Positions 58,502 through 64,000 of a DNA stretch of 64,000 nt are shown here, piece after piece. The first letter of the stretch is position 1, and every line of letters starts with the position of its first letter. Below the pieces are notes generated by a model. That model was given only the letters and a program-made list of their open reading frames with translations, had not been told where the DNA came from and ran no database searches. Source of the stretch: Anaerolineales bacterium (lineage in GTDB: Bacteria; Chloroflexota; Anaerolineae; Anaerolineales; E44-bin32); NCBI GenBank assembly GCA_034430395.1, contig DAOUEQ010000090.1, forward strand, positions 4,781 through 68,780, given 5' to 3'. Position numbers and translations under genes: made by a program.

Positions 58502-59458
58502 TTATTTATCAGCTTTACTCGCAAATAGATTGGAGTTCACATCGCTCGGAACGAGAACTCTGAGGACTTTATTTTGAATACTGAACTCCAGGGGAGAGTC
58601 AAGAACCTTCGGTTCACCGTCAAACTGTAATGGCACCCCATTGTCCAATTCAAAGACCGCTTCACTGGCTCGAAAGTTGTATACCCCTTCTGCATCCACA
58701 TGACGACCCATAAAAATCTGTGCGACCCGCATAAGGACATCACGAAGTTTACCGCTTTCAATAAACCAGAAATCCAGCAAGCCATCGTCAACCTTTGCAC
58801 CTGTTGCTAAGTCCACCAGCCCGCCAGCATATGCGGGAATATTGGAGGCTACGGCAACCAGGTAGCGCCCCTCAAATTCATCCTCATCTGTTCGAACCTT
58901 TAGATCCACTCCCTCCCACCCGATAGTATTCCACAAAGCCAGGGTTGCATAATGGACCGTGGCAAACGCCTTCTCCCAGCGCTCCCGCGGTTCGATGGCG
59001 TTGACAACATTCGCATCCAACCCGACACCCGCCCATAGCAGAAATACCTGACCATTACACTCTCCAACATCCACGAGACGGACATTTCCAGCGGCTAACC
59101 TCTCTGCCGCCTGCTCCAGTGCAAAGACGTGAATCCAATCAAGACGTGGCAGACCAAGTTCCTGCGCCCATACATTTGCAGTTCCAGCCGGTAGAACACC
59201 AAGAGCTGTTTCCGACCCCGCTAGAATGGATGCCGCTTGACCGATAGAGCCATCACCGCCGACTACAAATATCGCATCACAGCGTTGTGCGACAGCCTCC
59301 TTGGCGACATCGGTCAGCCCTTTCTTTTTTTCCCCTTCGACGATATGCGCATCCCAACCCGCAGCTGAGAGAACGCGCAGCACGCGCTCAAGAAGCGGTC
59401 TGGCGGGAAACCTGCCAGCAGCAGGGTTATAGAGTAGCCAGGCACATCGATTCGTCAT
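58502..59458 (-). CDS. Diacylglycerol kinase family lipid kinase
   Basis: YNPAAG, GGDGS, LPAGTANVWA, QFDGE; ATG 59458 with GAGGA RBS. Confidence 0.9.
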   Translation of the reverse strand: MTNRCAWLLYNPAAGRFPARPLLERVLRVLSAAGWDAHIVEGEKKKGLTDVAKEAVAQRCDAIFVVGGDGSIGQAASILAGSETALGVLPAGTANVWAQELGLPRLDWIHVFALEQAAERLAAGNVRLVDVGECNGQVFLLWAGVGLDANVVNAIEPRERWEKAFATVHYATLALWNTIGWEGVDLKVRTDEDEFEGRYLVAVASNIPAYAGGLVDLATGAKVDDGLLDFWFIESGKLRDVLMRVAQIFMGRHVDAEGVYNFRASEAVFELDNGVPLQFDGEPKVLDSPLEFSIQNKVLRVLVPSDVNSNLFASKADK

Positions 59459-59641
59459 AGATTTCCTCGGCACATTATAGCGCCGTTTTATATTCTCTCC
59501 TTCATTGCCGCGAATACTTGAACGGATTACAATCGAATGGTCATGCCCCTTTCTCATTTGGGTTGAAGGGTGAATGTTGGATGTGCCCTAATAAATGCCC
59601 ATCCAGCTCAGGCAGGCGGGGCATCTGGAGAAGTTAACAAC

Positions 59642-60679
59642 ATGGCACAGGACCTATTGGGTGGACGGTACGAGTTGATTGAGAAAATCGGCTCAGGCGG
59701 TATGGCAGATATTTACCGTGTATTGGACCACCAACTCCAGCGTGAGGTTGCCGTGAAGATCTTACGCGATCCACTGGCCCAGGATGAATCGTTCCAAGAG
59801 AACTTCCTGCATGAAGCTCGCGCAGCTGCGAATCTCTCTCACCCCAATATTGTCACAGTTTTCGACTTCGGCCGAGACGATGGAACACTCTACATTGTGA
59901 TGGAATACATCGCGGGTACTGATTTGAAGACTCTCATCCGCCGCAGGAAACACCTCACCCCGTTCGAAGCTGTAGAATTAATGAAAAAAATCTCTGCCGG
60001 AGTTGGCTATGCACACCGAGCAGGTCTCGTTCACTGTGATCTCAAACCACAAAATATCTTGGTTACACCCGACAATAAGGTGAAGATTACCGACTTCGGC
60101 GTCTCCCGTGCACTCGCGACGATCCAACCGGATGAACATTCAGACATTGTTTGGGGAAGCCCTCAGTACTTCTCTCCCGAGCAAGCCTCAGGGGGAGCGC
60201 CTTCGCCCGCGAGTGATGTTTATTCACTCGGAGCGATCCTCTATGAAATGATTACCGGCCAACCTCCCTTCGTGGCGGATAACACAGAAGATCTCGCCCT
60301 TCTTCACCTTTCCGCTGAGCCGATACCTCCTCGTTCTATTGAGTCCAGCATACCCGAAACCCTGCAGCAGATCGTCTTAAAAATCCTCGCGAAAGAACCA
60401 TCCGCACGCTATCGCACCGCAGATCAACTTGGCCGAATCCTCACGAGTTTCAACTTGAGTGCGACACCCGGAGAAAGTTTAACGACAACTGGTGACTTGG
60501 ACTTACCTAATCTCGCACCGGTTATGCCCACATCACTTCAAGATACAGCGATAACCTCGGAGATGGATTGGATCGTAGTGGCTCTCGGTTTATTAGCCTT
60601 TCTAACGATTGGCGGGTTAATCCCCCTCTGGCTGTGGGTATGCCTGCTTTACCCTTCCTGCCCAATTAATCCCGGGTAA
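59642..60679 (+). CDS. Membrane-anchored Ser/Thr kinase (PknB-like catalytic domain, no PASTA)
   Basis: GSGGMADIY, VAVK, HCDLKPQN, DFG, GSPQYFSPEQ, DVYSLG; C-terminal TM. Confidence 0.9.
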   Translation: MAQDLLGGRYELIEKIGSGGMADIYRVLDHQLQREVAVKILRDPLAQDESFQENFLHEARAAANLSHPNIVTVFDFGRDDGTLYIVMEYIAGTDLKTLIRRRKHLTPFEAVELMKKISAGVGYAHRAGLVHCDLKPQNILVTPDNKVKITDFGVSRALATIQPDEHSDIVWGSPQYFSPEQASGGAPSPASDVYSLGAILYEMITGQPPFVADNTEDLALLHLSAEPIPPRSIESSIPETLQQIVLKILAKEPSARYRTADQLGRILTSFNLSATPGESLTTTGDLDLPNLAPVMPTSLQDTAITSEMDWIVVALGLLAFLTIGGLIPLWLWVCLLYPSCPINPG

Positions 60680-60783
60680 CTCAACATACTGGTCGACCCA
60701 CATCGGGCGCGGTATAATTCGGACGAACATTCTATAAATTAGCAAATATGACCAAAGCAATCGATTTGCTTTGGGAGGTAAAT

Positions 60784-62646
60784 GTGAATTCACCCCGAAG
60801 TAGAAACTCTCTAGTTCTTTTTATATTGTTACTATCAATCGTGGCGGTAATTTTCTACTCACGCAGCGATGCGATCAAACCTGAAAGACTGCCTTTCAAC
60901 GAGGTCGCCGCAAAGATTCAATCCGGTGCAATCGTCCGTATTGTCGTCGATGAAAACGAACTGGAATTGATCTATGCGGACGGCACAAACGCCTTCTCTC
61001 GCAAGGAGCCTACAAAAACTACGGTTGAGCAATTAAAAGATCTGGGCGTTACCCAGTCCGCACTGACTCTCCCGAATTTATCGCTCGAGATCAAAGAACC
61101 CAGCGATCTGGGAACCATTATCAGCCTGATCACCTATATCCTTCCCGCACTACTTGTTGTGGGCTTGATTTGGCTCATGATGCGTCAGGCGCAAGGTACA
61201 AATAACCAGGCACTTTCCTTTGGGAAGAGTCGCGCACGCATGTTTACAGGCGACCAACCCACCGTAACTTTTGAAGACGTTGCCGGCATAGAAGAAGCGA
61301 AAGAGGATCTTGAGGAGATTGTCGAATTCCTTGAAGAGCCCGAAAAATTTATTTCGCTTGGCGCTCGCATTCCAAAAGGCGTGCTTTTGATCGGGGCTCC
61401 GGGGACGGGTAAAACGCTGCTTGCGAAGGCAGTATCAGGGGAAGCGGGTGTACCCTTCTTCTCCATTTCGGGCTCCGAGTTCGTCGAAATGTTTGTCGGC
61501 GTTGGCGCCAGTCGGGTGCGCGATCTTTTCGATCAAGCCAAGCGCCACTCACCCTGCATCGTTTTTGTCGATGAGATTGACGCTGTTGGCCGCCAGCGCG
61601 GAGCCGGTCTCGGCGGCAGCCATGATGAACGGGAGCAAACACTCAACCAGATGCTCGTTGAGATGGATGGCTTCGATACGGATACGAATGTGATCATCAT
61701 GGCCGCTACGAATAGACCAGATATCCTCGATCCTGCTCTCCTTCGACCCGGCCGCTTCGACCGGCGTGTTATCCTCGACCAGCCAGATATGCGTGGACGT
61801 GAGGCTATCCTGAAAGTCCACTCGAGAGGTAAGCCCCTCGAGGAGGCTGTAGATCTCTCGACGATCGCTAAATCGACCCCAGGGTTTGTCGGCGCCGATC
61901 TTGAGAATCTCGTAAACGAAGCTGCAATCTTGTCCGCTCGTCGAGACAAAAAGACAATCGGGCAAGATGAGTTCGAAGAATCAATTGAGCGCGTTATCGC
62001 CGGTCCAGAGCGAAAGAGCCGTCTAATAAGCCAGGAAGAGAAATTAATCGTCGCCTACCACGAAGCGGGTCACGCAGTCGTGAGCCACGTTATCCCCGAA
62101 TCAGATCCCGTTCATAAAGTAAGCATCATAGCTCGGGGAATGATGGGCGGCTTTACACTTGCCCTCCCCGAGGATGACCGGACCCTGATTTCCCGCAACA
62201 AGCTTCTCGCGGATATGGCTTATGCTCTCGGTGGTCGTGCGGCAGAGGAACTGGTCTTCAATGATATTACTTCGGGCGCATCGAGCGATCTCGAACGGGT
62301 GACGAAGATGGCACGATCTATGGTCACTCGGCTCGGGATGAGCGATGAGCTCGGACCGATGGTATACGGGCAAAAGGAAGAGTTGGTTTTCCTCGGTCGA
62401 GAGATCTCAGAACAGCGAGACTACTCTGAGAGTATCGCGGAGAAGATAGATGCTGAGGTTCGTACCTTGGTTCAAGAAGCATACGCTCGCGCTAAAAAGA
62501 TCTTGACCGAATATCGAACCGCGCTCGATAACATCGCCCAATATCTCGTCGAAGAAGAAACCATCGATCGAGAGACTTTCGAGAAGATATTCGGCCAACC
62601 TGTCAAGGAGAAAAATAGCGGAACTCCTCTCCTCGCGGGTGCGTGA
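60784..62646 (+). CDS. ftsH: ATP-dependent zinc metalloprotease FtsH
   Basis: Two TM helices, [39 protein letters not shown]; GTG 60784 with GGGAGG RBS. Confidence 0.96.
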   Translation: MNSPRSRNSLVLFILLLSIVAVIFYSRSDAIKPERLPFNEVAAKIQSGAIVRIVVDENELELIYADGTNAFSRKEPTKTTVEQLKDLGVTQSALTLPNLSLEIKEPSDLGTIISLITYILPALLVVGLIWLMMRQAQGTNNQALSFGKSRARMFTGDQPTVTFEDVAGIEEAKEDLEEIVEFLEEPEKFISLGARIPKGVLLIGAPGTGKTLLAKAVSGEAGVPFFSISGSEFVEMFVGVGASRVRDLFDQAKRHSPCIVFVDEIDAVGRQRGAGLGGSHDEREQTLNQMLVEMDGFDTDTNVIIMAATNRPDILDPALLRPGRFDRRVILDQPDMRGREAILKVHSRGKPLEEAVDLSTIAKSTPGFVGADLENLVNEAAILSARRDKKTIGQDEFEESIERVIAGPERKSRLISQEEKLIVAYHEAGHAVVSHVIPESDPVHKVSIIARGMMGGFTLALPEDDRTLISRNKLLADMAYALGGRAAEELVFNDITSGASSDLERVTKMARSMVTRLGMSDELGPMVYGQKEELVFLGREISEQRDYSESIAEKIDAEVRTLVQEAYARAKKILTEYRTALDNIAQYLVEEETIDRETFEKIFGQPVKEKNSGTPLLAGA

Positions 62647-62669
62647 AATTGTTAATCCATACTACAACC

Positions 62670-62698
62670 AACGCCCGGGCAATAATTGCCCGGGCGTT
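62670..62698. terminator. Bidirectional terminator-like palindrome
   Basis: AACGCCCGGGCAAT-A-ATTGCCCGGGCGTT between convergent ftsH and the CoA ligase gene. Confidence 0.7.
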
Positions 62699-62730
62699 TC
62701 GTATTCTGGTCTCCAACTGGAAACGTTTGT

Positions 62731-63999
62731 TTACTCTTCCGCCCCCTGCTTCTCGCGATCTTGACGCACGAGCTCCCGCCGTAGGACTTTCCCAACAGTT
62801 GTCTTGGGCAGTTCATCCCGGAATTCTACATGCGTGGGAACTTTAAAAGCAGCCATGTGCTCTTTGCACCACGCTTTTACTTCGTCGACAGTTAGCGTTT
62901 CTCCCGGCTTGAGAACCACCCACGCTTTTACGGTTTCTCCACGATAAGCATCGGGAATGCCTGCGACACCGACTTCGAGGACCTTGGGGTTCTCGGCGAT
63001 GACCTCCTCCACTTCCCTGGGCCAAACCTGGTAACCGCTGGGTTTGATAAGCTCCTTCTTGCGATCCACGATAAAGAAATAGCCATCCTCGTCCATATAG
63101 GCGATATCGCCGGTGTAGAGCCAGCCGTCTCGTAATGCGTTTGCTGTCTCCGTAGGCATATTTAGATAGCCCTTCATTACTAGCGGACCCTTGATGACGA
63201 GTTCCCCAATCTCCCCCGTTTCAAGCACAGTAACCTCGTCATCCAGAGAGATGATGCGAGCATCCACGTCAGGTAAGGGGATGCCAATGGAGCCTTCTTT
63301 GCTCATGCCGAACACCGGGTTGCAGTGAGTCGCTGTCGGGGCTTCGGATAGACCATACCCTTCCACGAGCTTCCCCCCTGTCAGCTCTTCAAATGTGGTT
63401 TGCGTCTCCCTCATAAGCGGGGCGGATCCAGAGATACAAGCCCTGATCGAGCTTACATCTACCTTTCCCGCCTTTACATCAGGGTGATTGTTAATCGAAT
63501 TGTACATTGCCGGAACACCGGGGTAAATCGAAGGCCGATACTTGGTAATAGATCCGAGGACATCATCCATGTCACGCGGGTTGGGGATCATCACCAAACT
63601 GGCCGCCGAAGCGATTCCGAAGCTCATCCCCGCAACCATGCCATACACATGGAACATCGGTATTGCCATCATGACTATTTCGCCACCTTCCTTTATATCG
63701 GGCAAAAAAGATTTAATCTGGAGTGTGTTCGCAACGAGGTTCCGATGAGATGCGATCGCAGCCTTGGACAACCCTGTCGTTCCACCGCTGTACTGGTATA
63801 GAGCATCATCTGTTGATTCGATTTTTATCTGCGGTCGGTCAGATGCTGAGTACTGCTTAAGGATGTCCTGCAGCCAATAATCCCCCTCGCTCAGTTCAAC
63901 TCGATGACCGTCCTTTTTCTCCTTGGTCAGAGTGAACAGGAAGCGAAGCAACCCAGGTAGATATTCTTTAATATTCGTTACAATCAACTTCTTAATGGG
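62731..63999 (-). CDS. Long-chain fatty-acid-CoA ligase (5' end outside the window)
   Basis: QYSGGTTGLSKA, EGYGLSE, GWLYTGD, DRKKELI, GKVLRR; frame open to the window edge. Confidence 0.92.
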   Translation of the reverse strand, partial: PIKKLIVTNIKEYLPGLLRFLFTLTKEKKDGHRVELSEGDYWLQDILKQYSASDRPQIKIESTDDALYQYSGGTTGLSKAAIASHRNLVANTLQIKSFLPDIKEGGEIVMMAIPMFHVYGMVAGMSFGIASAASLVMIPNPRDMDDVLGSITKYRPSIYPGVPAMYNSINNHPDVKAGKVDVSSIRACISGSAPLMRETQTTFEELTGGKLVEGYGLSEAPTATHCNPVFGMSKEGSIGIPLPDVDARIISLDDEVTVLETGEIGELVIKGPLVMKGYLNMPTETANALRDGWLYTGDIAYMDEDGYFFIVDRKKELIKPSGYQVWPREVEEVIAENPKVLEVGVAGIPDAYRGETVKAWVVLKPGETLTVDEVKAWCKEHMAAFKVPTHVEFRDELPKTTVGKVLRRELVRQDREKQGAEE

Positions 64000-64000
64000 G

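Noticed and set aside
1-64000. CRISPR arrays, IS elements, prophage or defence islands
   Set aside because: No regularly spaced direct repeats, transposase, integrase or phage structural motifs were seen on reading.

Overview
64 kb of bacterial chromosome, mostly housekeeping and signalling genes. The gene repertoire suggests a monoderm-type organism such as Chloroflexota/Anaerolineae (inference, no search run). I found no CRISPR array, transposase, integrase, prophage or rRNA; there is one tRNA-Leu(GAG). The stand-out region is 3.4-19.3 kb, a self-contained sigma54 locus. It encodes rpoN, a soluble PAS histidine kinase and an NtrC-type activator with no DNA-binding HTH. Downstream are a small 2-TM protein, a ~1700-aa TPR protein, a TPR/clan-CD (gingipain C25-like) Cys protease and a glycoside-hydrolase-like protein lacking its catalytic glutamates. 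The locus ends with an FtsZ paralogue whose T7-loop catalytic Asp is His, a 76-aa free-standing copy of the protease C-terminal domain, a 67-aa membrane protein and an intrinsic terminator. Three near-perfect -24/-12 sigma54 promoters (TGGCAY-N5-TTGCA) tile this locus, one of them upstream of rpoN itself. A developmental or alternative-division programme is my inference. Other points of interest are a His-to-Gln pseudo-histidine kinase, a Ser/Thr kinase-PP2C-(J-domain+VWA)-FHA operon, an SPFH-HTH fusion and a head-to-head overlap at scpB. Where I adjusted start codons from the ORF track, I used RBS position and overlap with the upstream stop.
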